A DNA stretch of 64,000 bases from Paracoccaceae bacterium (lineage in GTDB: Bacteria; Pseudomonadota; Alphaproteobacteria; Rhodobacterales; Rhodobacteraceae), in the NCBI GenBank assembly GCA_048262715.1, contig JBLXEV010000002.1, positions 333,829 to 397,828 of the forward strand, written 5' to 3'. Made by a program: the position numbers and the translations under genes. How positions within the stretch are numbered: position 1 is the first letter of the stretch; each line of letters starts with the position of its first letter. Below are positions 51,754 to 60,763 of this stretch, one piece after another. The notes beneath the pieces are model-generated. The model ran no database searches. It was given only the letters and a program-made list of their open reading frames with translations, and was not told the DNA's origin.

Positions 51754-52784
51754 CCCCCGAATTTTGTCGCGTCATCTCTAAGCGCATCCCCGCTGAGTGC
51801 GGCTCCGTTCGGGTCAGCCTCGGCAAAGGCACTGCGGATCAAGGCTTGGGTTGCCTCGACGGTGGTAGCGGTCTGCATCTGCGATTTGAGCGGCGCGCCC
51901 GCCTCATCGGCATACCAGCCCAGATGCTTGCGCGCGAGGCGCAGCCCGACGTCCTTGCCGTAAAACATCAAGATCGCCTCGTAGTGATCTGAAATAAAGT
52001 CACAAAGCGCATTTCCATTCGGGATGTTCGGCGCGGGGGCACCGTGCAGCGCATGGCCAATCTGCGCCAACCGCCACGGCGCGCCCTGCGCCCCGCGCCC
52101 GACCATCACACCCTGCGCGCGAGAGGCCTCCAGCGCAGCTTTCGCGCTCAAGGCGTCCACAATATCGCCATTGGCGATCACCGGAACATCCACCGCCTGC
52201 GCGACCTCGGCAATCGCCGCCCAATCCGCAGCTCCCTTATAGAATTGCATCCGTGTGCGTCCATGGATCACAATCATCTGCACCCCTGCCGCCACGGCGC
52301 GCTTGGCGATCTCCGGCGCGTTAAGGCTGTCATCGCACCAGCCCAGTCGCATCTTCAGCGTCACGGGCAGATCCACTGCGCCGACCACCGCATCAATCAG
52401 CGTCAACGCATGATCGGGATCGCGCATCAAGGCCGAGCCGGAGGCGCCGCCCGTCACCTTTTTCGCGGGGCAGCCCATATTAATGTCGATAATCTTCGCG
52501 CCCATATCCGCGACAGCCTTTGCGGCCTCGCCCATCGGTTGCGCCTCCCGGCCTGCGAGCTGCACCGAGGAAATCACCCCGCCCATCTCCAGCCCCAGAT
52601 CGGTGCGCGCCTTCGCCCGAACCGAGGGCTTCGCCGTCAACATCTCGCCAGACGCAACCATCTCGGACACGACAAGCCCCGCCCCGAACCGCGCCACCAT
52701 CTGCCGGAACGGCAGATCGGTGATTCCGGCCATCGGCGCGAGAAACACCGCAGGGTCGAGTGAATAAGGGCCAACTTGGATCAT
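51741..52784 (-). CDS. dusB: tRNA-dihydrouridine synthase B (NifR3 family)
   Basis: Has LAPMAGITDLPFR and DINMGCPAKKV, and sits in the classical position upstream of ntrBC. Confidence 0.92.
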   Translation of the reverse strand: MIQVGPYSLDPAVFLAPMAGITDLPFRQMVARFGAGLVVSEMVASGEMLTAKPSVRAKARTDLGLEMGGVISSVQLAGREAQPMGEAAKAVADMGAKIIDINMGCPAKKVTGGASGSALMRDPDHALTLIDAVVGAVDLPVTLKMRLGWCDDSLNAPEIAKRAVAAGVQMIVIHGRTRMQFYKGAADWAAIAEVAQAVDVPVIANGDIVDALSAKAALEASRAQGVMVGRGAQGAPWRLAQIGHALHGAPAPNIPNGNALCDFISDHYEAILMFYGKDVGLRLARKHLGWYADEAGAPLKSQMQTATTVEATQALIRSAFAEADPNGAALSGDALRDDATKFGGCAA

Positions 52785-53041
52785 CGGATCGCGATCTCTT
52801 TTCAGATAGGCCCATGGAAGGGCCGGAAAAACCTAGGCCACGGCGTAAAACGGCGGCACTTGCCCAACTGATAACCGCATTTCGCGGGGAATCCAATCAA
52901 AGCTCCACAGGTCTGGCAACATTAATATGCAAATGCTCAATTTTTAATCAGCCCATCAGAGGACGACTTCGCCATCCCCTCGATTGCACCCGCTGGCCAC
53001 CCAGAGTAAGCCTGAGGAGAGAGTTAACGGAGCGGAGCGAG

Positions 53042-54196
53042 ATGAGCATCGCAGCTATCATTGTCGCCGCAGGGCGCGGCACGCGCGCGGGGGCTGGCGC
53101 GCCAAAACAATGGCGCAGCCTTGGCGGACGGCCCGTGTTGGAGCGCACAGTCTCTTGCTTCCAACGCGCTGATATCGCCCGCATTATCGTGGTTCTGCAT
53201 CCGGATGATATGATCACCGGTCTTAGACTATTCGGCGGCCGCGTCACGCTGGTCGCAGGCGGTGAAACGCGCAGTGGTAGCGTCAAGAACGCCTTGGAAT
53301 CCATTGATCCAAAAGAGATTTCAAAGGTTCTAATCCATGACGGCGCGCGCCCCTTCGCGGATCCCGATCTGATCTCGCGGGTGATTAACGCATTGGATTC
53401 CGCCCCCGCGGCCGCGCCTGCCATACCCGTGACCGATGCGCTCTGGCGTGGCGCGGAGGGCATCGTTTCCGGCACCCAAGCACGCGACGGGCTCTACCGC
53501 GCGCAGACGCCGCAGGGATTCGCGCTGCAACCTATTGTAGACGCGTACCGCGCCGCCGATCACGCGGCGGGTCAACTGGCGGCGGATGATGTCGAGATTG
53601 CCCGCGCGGCGGGCCTGCCTGTGACAATCGTTGCGGGCGCGGAAGCGAATTTCAAAATCACTTGGGCCGAAGATTTCGCGCGCGGTGAGAAGCTGATCGA
53701 GCGGGAGCGAAAGATGGATATTCGACTGGGCAATGGCTATGACGTTCACGCCTTCACCGAGGGTGATGCGGTTATTCTGTGCGGTGTGCAAGTCCCGCAT
53801 AATAAAGCGCTTTTGGGCCATTCTGATGCCGATGTGGCGATGCATGCGCTGACCGATGCGATTTACGGCGCGCTGGCGCAGGGCGACATTGGCCGCCATT
53901 TCCCGCCCTCCGATCCGCAATGGAAAGGGGCTGCCTCCGATATTTTCCTGCGCCATGCGGGGGATCTTGCACGCGAGATGGGCTTTGCGATTTCCAATGT
54001 CGATGTGACCATCGTCTGCGAACGCCCGAAGATCGGGCCACATGCGGACGCGATGATGGATCGCCTCGCGCAAATCCTGCAGATCGACGTCACCCGTGTC
54101 TCCGTCAAAGCCACCACCTCGGAGCGGCTGGGCTTTACCGGCCGCGAGGAAGGCATTGCCTCCATCGCCACAGCAACCCTGATAAAAGGCGCGTAA
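53042..54196 (+). CDS. ispDF: Bifunctional 2-C-methyl-D-erythritol 4-phosphate cytidylyltransferase / 2,4-cyclodiphosphate synthase
   Basis: The ATG at 53042 gives MSIAAIIVAAGRGTRAG (IspD). The C-terminal half has GNGYDVHAF...GHSDADV...(IspF). The upstream part of ORF 52760.. looks non-coding. Confidence 0.92.
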   Translation: MSIAAIIVAAGRGTRAGAGAPKQWRSLGGRPVLERTVSCFQRADIARIIVVLHPDDMITGLRLFGGRVTLVAGGETRSGSVKNALESIDPKEISKVLIHDGARPFADPDLISRVINALDSAPAAAPAIPVTDALWRGAEGIVSGTQARDGLYRAQTPQGFALQPIVDAYRAADHAAGQLAADDVEIARAAGLPVTIVAGAEANFKITWAEDFARGEKLIERERKMDIRLGNGYDVHAFTEGDAVILCGVQVPHNKALLGHSDADVAMHALTDAIYGALAQGDIGRHFPPSDPQWKGAASDIFLRHAGDLAREMGFAISNVDVTIVCERPKIGPHADAMMDRLAQILQIDVTRVSVKATTSERLGFTGREEGIASIATATLIKGA

Positions 54197-54197
54197 C

Positions 54198-54680
54198 ATG
54201 CTGAGATTTATCAATACATTCGGATTCGTCGGGCTGATGCGCCCCGCGCGCGGAACATGGGGATCGCTGGCGGCAGTGCTGATCGGCTGGGGGATCGAGC
54301 GCTACATCGGCTTTCCCGCCCTCGTCATCGCCACACTCGCCGTGACCGCGCTGGGGTTCTGGTCGGTGAATGCCGCGCTCAAAGATCGGCCCGGCGAAGA
54401 CCCGTCCGAGATCGTGATCGACGAGGTCGCGGGGCAATGGCTGGCGCTGCTCTTCCCCGCAGCAGGGTTCTTCATGCGCGACATGTCGATGGTCTGGCCT
54501 GCACCGGTCGCGGCGTTCCTGCTGTTCCGGCTGTTCGATATCACCAAACCGTGGCTCGTGGGCCGCGCCGATGCGCGCCATGATCCGGCAGGCGTGATGC
54601 TCGATGATCTCTGGGCGGGGTTGTTCGCGGGGATCGGTGCGATCTTCCTTGCGGCGCTTTATCACATGGTGATCCTATGA
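54198..54680 (+). CDS. pgpA: Phosphatidylglycerophosphatase A
   Basis: 160 aa with GTWGSL..., IDEVAGQW and FRLFDI(T)KPW, which I recall as PgpA motifs. Confidence 0.85.
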   Translation: MLRFINTFGFVGLMRPARGTWGSLAAVLIGWGIERYIGFPALVIATLAVTALGFWSVNAALKDRPGEDPSEIVIDEVAGQWLALLFPAAGFFMRDMSMVWPAPVAAFLLFRLFDITKPWLVGRADARHDPAGVMLDDLWAGLFAGIGAIFLAALYHMVIL

Positions 54681-55177
54681 GCATCGCCGCGCAAATCATT
54701 GAAATAGCCTCAAAACGCGAAATCAAGATCACCACAGCGGAAAGCTGCACCGGCGGGATGGTCAGCGCAGCGCTTACCGATATCGCTGGCTCCTCCGCCG
54801 TGTTCGAGCGCGGCTTTGTGACCTATTCCAACCCCGCCAAGGCGGAGATGCTCGGCGTCTCGCTGGGCAGCCTGCAAGAGCATGGCGCGGTCTCTGAGCC
54901 CGTTGCGCGCGAGATGGCCATTGGCGCGCTGAAAGCCGCGCGCGCCGATCTCGCCGTGTCGATCAGCGGCATCGCAGGGCCTGGCGGATCCGAGCATAAG
55001 CCCGAGGGGCGCGTGTGCTTCGCAATCGCCTTTGAGGGCGCGGACGGGGCGCTGATCGCGCAGAGTGAAACCGTGGAATTTGGCGCAAGAGGCCGTGCTG
55101 CGGTGCGCGAGGCTGCCCGCGATCACGCCCTTACGCTTATATTCAACGCGCCATTGCTGAAAACCGCGCCGTTATAA
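54677..55177 (+). CDS. CinA-family protein (nicotinamide-nucleotide amidohydrolase PncC domain)
   Basis: Has TAESCTGGMVSAALTDIAGSS...GFVTYSN..K..LGV...GAVS. It overlaps pgpA by 4 nt. Confidence 0.88.
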   Translation: MSIAAQIIEIASKREIKITTAESCTGGMVSAALTDIAGSSAVFERGFVTYSNPAKAEMLGVSLGSLQEHGAVSEPVAREMAIGALKAARADLAVSISGIAGPGGSEHKPEGRVCFAIAFEGADGALIAQSETVEFGARGRAAVREAARDHALTLIFNAPLLKTAPL

Positions 55178-55227
55178 TTTCGCCCATTATTGCGTCAAAA
55201 TCGCAAAACGCCCGCCTATCTGGCGGG

Positions 55228-55252
55228 CGTTATTATAAATGCCCCCAAAAAC
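55228..55252 (+). terminator. Hairpin AACGCCCGCC-TATCT-GGCGGGCGTT followed by ATTAT
   Basis: 10-bp GC stem after the cinA stop. The T-tract is weak. Confidence 0.55.
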
Positions 55253-55332
55253 AGCGCCCTTCACGCGCCCTGCCTCTTTCCCGATCATATCGCACATGAT
55301 CTGCGGTGCGAGTTGGTTTTGGAGGGGAAAAG

Positions 55333-56511
55333 ATGAACGCAGCAGATACCGCATGGATCATGGTCGCCACGGCCTTGGTTCTCCTGATGACACTCCCAGG
55401 CTTGGCGCTGTTCTATGGCGGGCTGGTGCGCGCGCGCAATGTGCTTTCGGTGTTCATGCAATGCTTCGCGATTGCGGCGCTGATGAGCATCTTGTGGATG
55501 GTCGTCGGCTATTCCATCGCCTTTGGCGAGGGCAATGCGCTCTGGGGCGGGCTGTCCAAAGCGATGCTGATCGGGATTGATGCGAGCACGCTTAAAGGCA
55601 CCCTGCCCGAGATCCTGTTCTTCAGCTTCCAGATGACCTTCGCGATCATCACGCCCGCGCTGATTCTCGGCGCGTTCGTCGAGCGGGTGAATTTCTGGTG
55701 GGTGATGGGCTTCTCGGCGGCCTGGATGCTGCTGGTCTATGCGCCGGTCACCCATTGGATCTGGGGCGGAGGCATAATGTCGGATGGCGGGATTTTCGGC
55801 GCGGTCGGCACGAAGGATTTCGCGGGCGGTATCGTGGTGCATGAAACCGCAGCCCTCGCAGCGCTGTTGCTGGCAGTGATGATCGGGCCGCGCAAGAACC
55901 GCCACACCCCGCCGCATAATCCGGGCATGGTGGCAATTGGCGCGGGGCTGCTCTGGGTTGGCTGGTTCGGCTTCAACGGCGGCTCGCAACTCGCCGCCGA
56001 TGGCGGGGCGGCGATGGCGATCACCGTGACGCATCTCTCCGCCGCTGCGGCGTCGTTCTCGTGGATGGTGTGGGAGAAAATCAAATTCGGCCGCGCCTCG
56101 CTGATCGGCATCGTCACCGGCACGATTGCGGGCCTCGCTTCGATCACCCCCGCCTCGGGCTTTGTGACACCCATTCAAGCGCTCATCATCGGCCTTGTTG
56201 CGGGCGTGCTTTGCCAAGAGGCGGTGAACCTGATCCGCGAGCGGATGGGCATTGACGATACGCTCGATGTCTTCGCGGTGCATGGCGTGGGCGGGATTTT
56301 CGGCACGCTGATGATTGCGGTCTTCGGTGCAGGAAGCTTTGTCGCACAGGGCGGCGCGCTGCTGATCGTCGGCCTCTATACGCTGGGGATGACATGGGCT
56401 CTGGCCAAACTCGTCGGGCTGATCACGCCGATGCGCGTGGATATGGAGGCCGAGACCAACGGGCTGGATCTGTCCACCCATGGCGAGCGCGCCTATGATA
56501 TGAACAGCTGA
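55333..56511 (+). CDS. amtB: Ammonium transporter
   Basis: GGAGGGG precedes the ATG at 55333, giving MNAADTAWIMVATALVLLMT.PGLALFYGGLVR. DFAGG..VH and FAVHGVGGI.G are present. There is no glnK upstream. Confidence 0.92.
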   Translation: MNAADTAWIMVATALVLLMTLPGLALFYGGLVRARNVLSVFMQCFAIAALMSILWMVVGYSIAFGEGNALWGGLSKAMLIGIDASTLKGTLPEILFFSFQMTFAIITPALILGAFVERVNFWWVMGFSAAWMLLVYAPVTHWIWGGGIMSDGGIFGAVGTKDFAGGIVVHETAALAALLLAVMIGPRKNRHTPPHNPGMVAIGAGLLWVGWFGFNGGSQLAADGGAAMAITVTHLSAAAASFSWMVWEKIKFGRASLIGIVTGTIAGLASITPASGFVTPIQALIIGLVAGVLCQEAVNLIRERMGIDDTLDVFAVHGVGGIFGTLMIAVFGAGSFVAQGGALLIVGLYTLGMTWALAKLVGLITPMRVDMEAETNGLDLSTHGERAYDMNS

Positions 56512-56532
56512 TAAGCCTTTCAGATCAATGCA

Positions 56533-56563
56533 AAACCGGCGCGGGAGGCTGCGCCGGTTTTTT
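56533..56563 (+). terminator. Intrinsic terminator downstream of amtB
   Basis: AAACCGGCGC-GGGAGGCT-GCGCCGGTTTTTT. Confidence 0.8.
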
Positions 56564-56589
56564 GCCGTCTTGGATATCAGGAGCCGCGC

Positions 56590-57057
56590 TTAAGCGCCGT
56601 AGAGCTTTGCCGCGCGCGCCTCGAAGGCCTTCACAATCCGGCGCATCGCCTCGTCAAAGACGATCCCGATCACGCCTTGCAAAATCGCATTCTTGAACTC
56701 GAAATCGACGAAGAATTCGACCTCGCAGCCGCCTTCCGCCCGATCATGGAATTTCCAATAGGATTTGAGATATTTGAACGGCCCGTCCAGATATTCGGTA
56801 TCCACCTGCTTGCGCTGCGGCCAGAGCGTGACACGCGAGCCGAACCGCTCACGGAACAGCTTGAACGAGATCACCAGATCCGCCTCGAGCACCTGCGGCA
56901 CCTCGCCCGTCTCATCCGCAACGCCTGCCTTTTGCGAGCGGATCCGCGCGGCAGAGTTCCACGGCAGAAACTCCGGATAGCGCGCGACATCGGCAACAAG
57001 ATCATACATCTGCTGCGCAGTGTAGGGCATCACGCGGGTTTCAGAATGGCGGGGCAT
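56590..57057 (-). CDS. SRPBCC-family protein (RatA / COQ10-like polyketide cyclase-dehydrase fold)
   Basis: 155 aa with ...YTAQQMYDLVADVARYPEFLPW..., the usual neighbour of lipA in alphaproteobacteria. Confidence 0.82.
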   Translation of the reverse strand: MPRHSETRVMPYTAQQMYDLVADVARYPEFLPWNSAARIRSQKAGVADETGEVPQVLEADLVISFKLFRERFGSRVTLWPQRKQVDTEYLDGPFKYLKSYWKFHDRAEGGCEVEFFVDFEFKNAILQGVIGIVFDEAMRRIVKAFEARAAKLYGA

Positions 57058-57183
57058 CGCGTTCCTTTGCTCGGCTTGCGATCCGTGCGATGATGCAGGC
57101 CGCGCCCCCTTTTGGGAAAACGGGCGGCAGAAATCAAGGGCAAGCGGGCATTGAGACCGATGCGCGCGAGGAGGTGCGACACT

Positions 57184-57363
57184 ATGAACCCGATCTGGTT
57201 CCTCAGGATGAGCAAATGGGTCCGCAACCCGCCCTCCCTAGGCCGGATCAAGCTGGTCTTCGGCGTCATCGCCGTCTGCGTGCTGATTGTCGTGCTGGAT
57301 CGCTATGGGATCTGGCCGGAATGGGCCACTGCGGAGAGCGGGCGGATCCGGTATCGCCCGTGA
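57184..57363 (+). CDS. Small membrane protein (59 aa), hypothetical
   Basis: GAGGAGG lies 8 nt before the ATG at 57184, giving MNPIWFLRMSKWVRNPPSLGRIKLVFGVIAVCVLIVVLDRYGIWPEW... with one TM helix. Confidence 0.6.
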   Translation: MNPIWFLRMSKWVRNPPSLGRIKLVFGVIAVCVLIVVLDRYGIWPEWATAESGRIRYRP

Positions 57364-57379
57364 TCAAATCCAGTGTCAC

Positions 57380-57462
57380 GCCTCCGGCGGGGATATTTAA
57401 GCTCTGAGGAAACGGGAAGAGAGCTTTCCCTTCCAGAGAGCGGAAATATCCCCGCCGGAGGC
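57380..57462. repeat. Palindromic intergenic repeat, family 2, copy E (two full units in inverted orientation)
   Basis: GCCTCCGGCGGGGATATTTAAGCTCTGAGGAA...TTCCAGAGAGCGGAAATATCCCCGCCGGAGGC, lying between convergent stop codons (57363 and 57472). Confidence 0.85.
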
Positions 57463-57471
57463 AAAAACGGT

Positions 57472-58443
57472 TTAGCCCTGCGCGAGCTTGGCCATCCGCG
57501 CCGCCCGCAGCCGCGCGAAATCGTCGCCCGCGTGATAGGACGACCGCGTGAGCGGCGTCGCAGAGACCATCAAGAAGCCCTTGCCATAGGCGGCTGTCTC
57601 GTAGCTTTTGAACTCTTCCGGCGTCACGAACCGGTCCACGCGGTGGTGTTTCGGCGTCGGCTGCAGATATTGGCCTATGGTGAGGAAATCGATATCCGCC
57701 GCGCGCATATCATCCATCACTTGCTTCACACCCTGTGCATCTTCGCCCAAGCCGACCATGATGCCGGATTTGGTGAACATCGTCGGATCCAGCTCTTTCA
57801 CGCGCTGCAACAGGCGCAAGCTGTGGAAATAGCGCGCGCCGGGGCGCACTTCGGGATAGAGGCCGGGGACTGTTTCGAGATTGTGGTTGAACACATCGGG
57901 CTTGGCCTTCACCACGATTTCCAAAACGCTGGGATCGCAGCGGATGAAATCGGGCGTCAGGATCTCGATCGTGGTATTGGGGGCTTGGCGGCGGATCGCG
58001 CGGATCGTCTGGGCGAAATGCTCCGCCCCGCCATCCTCAACATCATCGCGGTCGACCGAGGTGATCACCACATGGTTCAGCCCGAGCTTCTTGACCGCAT
58101 CGGCCACACGGCCCGGCTCGAACACATCCAGCGCTTCGGGCGGTTTGCCGGTGGCGATATTGCAGAAGGTGCAGGCCCGCGTGCAGACCTCGCCCATGAT
58201 CATCATTGTCGCATGGCCTTGCGACCAGCATTCGCCCACATTCGGACAGCCCGCCTCTTCGCACACCGTCGTCAGCTTATGCTCGCGCATAATGTCGCGC
58301 GTGTCCTTATAGCCCTGCGAGGTCGGCGCTTTCACGCGGATCCATGCCGGTTTTTTCGGCTGCGCCTGATCGGGTTTACGGGCCTTTTCCGGGTGACGCT
58401 GTTCGGGCAGTTTGAGATCGCGCATCGCTTGTTCCTTTGCCAC
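57472..58443 (-). CDS. lipA: Lipoyl synthase
   Basis: 323 aa with [12 protein letters not shown] and CTRACTFC, the radical-SAM and auxiliary cluster motifs. Confidence 0.95.
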   Translation of the reverse strand: MAKEQAMRDLKLPEQRHPEKARKPDQAQPKKPAWIRVKAPTSQGYKDTRDIMREHKLTTVCEEAGCPNVGECWSQGHATMMIMGEVCTRACTFCNIATGKPPEALDVFEPGRVADAVKKLGLNHVVITSVDRDDVEDGGAEHFAQTIRAIRRQAPNTTIEILTPDFIRCDPSVLEIVVKAKPDVFNHNLETVPGLYPEVRPGARYFHSLRLLQRVKELDPTMFTKSGIMVGLGEDAQGVKQVMDDMRAADIDFLTIGQYLQPTPKHHRVDRFVTPEEFKSYETAAYGKGFLMVSATPLTRSSYHAGDDFARLRAARMAKLAQG

Positions 58444-58669
58444 GGCAGTTTGGGGCCGCGCTCAGGCCCAGACATAAGCCGTTTTTGCAAGGCTTGCAAC
58501 GCGGCCGATGCGGGAAACCGCCTTGCGATGGAGGCAACTCTCGCGCCGCGCCCTGCGCCGCACGATACCGCAATGCAGCAATTTCATGCCGCATATGCAA
58601 GGTCAGCGGTTGTGACCCGCAAGCGAGCGGTTTAGAATGTTTCCAAACCCATCTGATTTGGAGCCTTCC

Positions 58670-59218
58670 ATGCAAACTGGCGCAACCCTCCCCAATGTCA
58701 CTTTCCAAACCCGCGTGCGCGATGACTCCATCGGCGGCGATAACCCGTTCCGCTGGCAGGAAATGACCACCGCAGATTACTTCGCAGGCAAGCGCGTGGT
58801 GCTCTTCGCGCTGCCCGGCGCTTTCACCCCCACCTGCTCGACCTTCCAACTTCCGGGCTTCGAGAACGGCTTTGCTGATTTCAAAGCCCAAGGCGTAGAC
58901 GAAATCTACTGCCTCTCGGTCAATGATGCCTTCGTGATGAACCAATGGGCGAAGGCGCAAGGTCTGCAGAATGTCAAAGTCATCCCCGATGGCGCAGGCG
59001 AATTCACCCGCCGCGTCGGCATGCTGGTGCGCAAGGACAACCTCGGGTTCGGCCTGCGCTCGTGGCGCTATGCCGCTGTCATCAACGACGGCAAAGTCGA
59101 AGCATGGTTCGAAGAGCCGGGCCTGTGCGACAACCACGGAGAAGATCCTTACGGCGTCTCCTCGCCCGAGACTGTGCTGAACTGGCTCGTGCAAGCCAAT
59201 GCGGAAGTCGCCGCGTAA
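58670..59218 (+). CDS. Peroxiredoxin (Prx5 / PrxD-type)
   Basis: The ATG at 58670 gives MQTGATLPNVTF... LPGAFTPTCS carries the peroxidatic Cys, and VNDAFVMNQW is present. Confidence 0.88.
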   Translation: MQTGATLPNVTFQTRVRDDSIGGDNPFRWQEMTTADYFAGKRVVLFALPGAFTPTCSTFQLPGFENGFADFKAQGVDEIYCLSVNDAFVMNQWAKAQGLQNVKVIPDGAGEFTRRVGMLVRKDNLGFGLRSWRYAAVINDGKVEAWFEEPGLCDNHGEDPYGVSSPETVLNWLVQANAEVAA

Positions 59219-59243
59219 GCCGCCCTTCCCGCGACAAGAAACA

Positions 59244-59278
59244 ACGCCGCTCTCGATGATCCGAGGGCGGCGTTTTTT
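59244..59278 (+). terminator. Intrinsic terminator downstream of the peroxiredoxin gene
   Basis: 12-bp stem AACGCCGCTCTCG/CGAGGGCGGCGTT followed by TTTTTT. Confidence 0.85.
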
Positions 59279-59331
59279 CGTCTCCCAGCGCAAAAGGGGC
59301 GCTGCCCCCTCTTTGCCTATCGGCAAATTCA

Positions 59332-59402
59332 CCCCCGGGATATTTGGGGCAACCAGAGGGTAACTAGCGCCTTTTTCTGGTTGCCTAAAATATCCCGGGG
59401 GG
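59332..59402. repeat. Palindromic intergenic repeat, family 1, copy B
   Basis: Arms CCCCCGGGATATTTGGGGCAACCAGA (59332-59357) and TCTGGTTGCCTAAAATATCCCGGGGGG (59376-59402). The adjacent GGGGCGCTGCCCC hairpin mirrors copy A. The element overlaps the 3' end of the next gene. Confidence 0.85.
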
Positions 59403-60509
59403 AGGCGTTGCAACGCGATCCGCAGCACGATCTTGCCCGAGCGCGCCGACCATCCCAGCCGCTTCTCCGCCGTCTCCAACCCTTCCAGAAAACAGCAGCA
59501 GCGCAGCACCATATCGCCCAAACCCGGGCCCAGATCCCGCAGCGCCAATGCCACACGGTCGCGCGCGCTCGGATCCGCCCGTGCCGCCCGCATTCGGGTT
59601 GAACCCGCCGCGATCGCCGCCCGTCATGAACCGCTCCCAGTTTTGCGCCACGCGCGGACCCATCTGCGCCAGCTCGAAATCCTCGCGCAGCCGCTCCCCC
59701 GCGGCCACGAGATCCGGCGTCAGGAAGGGCTCGCCCCCCATATCGCGCCGCCGCGTCAGCACGCCCAGCGGGCTTTCCGCGATATTCATCCGCACGCGGC
59801 GCGGGGTATCATGACCGAGCTCATGGAACTCGCGCTCGCCCATAAACCGGTGCTGATTGGCAAAGCGCGCTGTCCCGTCTCCGGCTTCCTCGGTGGCCTC
59901 GCCCGTGTCGGTGGATAGCCCCGCATCCGCCTCCAGCATCCGCTTGAGCGCCGCGCGCCCCGTGCTGGAGATCTCATAGGTCAGCACCCGACCGCTATGG
60001 GCAAGGCTGATCCAATCCTTTACCGCAAAGGCCTGCGCGACGTCACGGTCCAGCACCGCGGTGCGCATTTGCCCTTTTAACACGACAGCTTTGCCCAGAT
60101 CGCTTGCCACGACCAAAAGCGCGCCGGGTTCTGACAGTCGCCGCAGAATTCGGCGCGCTTCGCGTTGGATCAGCGCCTCGTCAGTGGCAGCGGGGTCATT
60201 GCGACGCATAGGTGCACTCATTGTGGTCTCTCCCTCATTTTCCCCAGAAATCGGAGCCCCCGCAGCGGGCACCCCGGACGTGGCGCAGGGATCCCCATCC
60301 CCGAGCCGCGTCAGCAAATCGTCAATCAACGGATCATCGCGCCTTTGCTCGATCCGGCGCATTCGGCGTGAAATGGTCGAAGCATGGCAGCCCTCTGACC
60401 GCGCCAATTCGCGGATCGACACGCCGTCTTGAACATGGCGCAGATAGAGGCGTGCATAATGTGGCAGCCAGGCGGGAAGGCCCGCCCCGGCCGGTGTCAA
60501 CACTGTCAT
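59385..60509 (-). CDS. HTH-domain regulator, DUF6456/GafA-like; apparently frameshifted (possible pseudogene)
   Basis: The ATG at 60509 gives MTVLTPAG... with HTH GVSIRELARSEGCHASTISRRMRRIEQRRDDP. After about residue 310 the frame turns Gly/Ala/Arg-rich and ends at a TAG inside repeat B. The plausible C-terminal domain (LGPGLGDMVLRCCCFLEGLETAEKRLGWSARSGKIVLRIALQRL) is in another frame, 59403-59593. Confidence 0.55.
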   Translation of the reverse strand: MTVLTPAGAGLPAWLPHYARLYLRHVQDGVSIRELARSEGCHASTISRRMRRIEQRRDDPLIDDLLTRLGDGDPCATSGVPAAGAPISGENEGETTMSAPMRRNDPAATDEALIQREARRILRRLSEPGALLVVASDLGKAVVLKGQMRTAVLDRDVAQAFAVKDWISLAHSGRVLTYEISSTGRAALKRMLEADAGLSTDTGEATEEAGDGTARFANQHRFMGEREFHELGHDTPRRVRMNIAESPLGVLTRRRDMGGEPFLTPDLVAAGERLREDFELAQMGPRVAQNWERFMTGGDRGGFNPNAGGTGGSERARPCGIGAAGSGPGFGRYGAALLLFSGRVGDGGEAAGMVGALGQDRAADRVATPPPGIF

Positions 60510-60763
60510 AGTATCCCCCAGATCGTCTCGGAAGTTCGGCTTCCGCTCTCGATTTTGTAGTAACAACCGTGAGTTGCATTGGTTACCTGTCCGTTAACAA
60601 ATGGCTCAGATGACCAGAATTGTTTACAAATGATAAATAATTGAAACCATGCCGTGCGCTGTTTAGTTAAAATGCGCAACACCCGCATAGGTTGTGCTCC
60701 TGTCGCTTTCAGTGGAAGCGAGAGGAACGATGACATGAGCGATATTCATACCTGCTGGCCGAG

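Noticed and set aside
55283-55305. Possible sigma-54 (-24/-12) promoter upstream of amtB (CGCAC-N5-CTGCG), and the palindrome TTGCG-N7-CGCAA at 55190-55206
   Set aside because: It lacks the invariant GG at -24 in the right context, and this NtrC lacks GAFTGA, so a sigma-54 promoter is not expected. The palindrome lies inside or next to the cinA 3' end and is too short to interpret.
58376-59402. Continuation of the 405-aa minus-strand ORF (58376..59593) beyond the repeat
   Set aside because: Only the part upstream of the repeat (59403-59593) looks like real protein, and it is discussed as the second frame of the GafA-like gene. The remainder is antisense to the peroxiredoxin gene and its terminator, and is open only because of GC bias.
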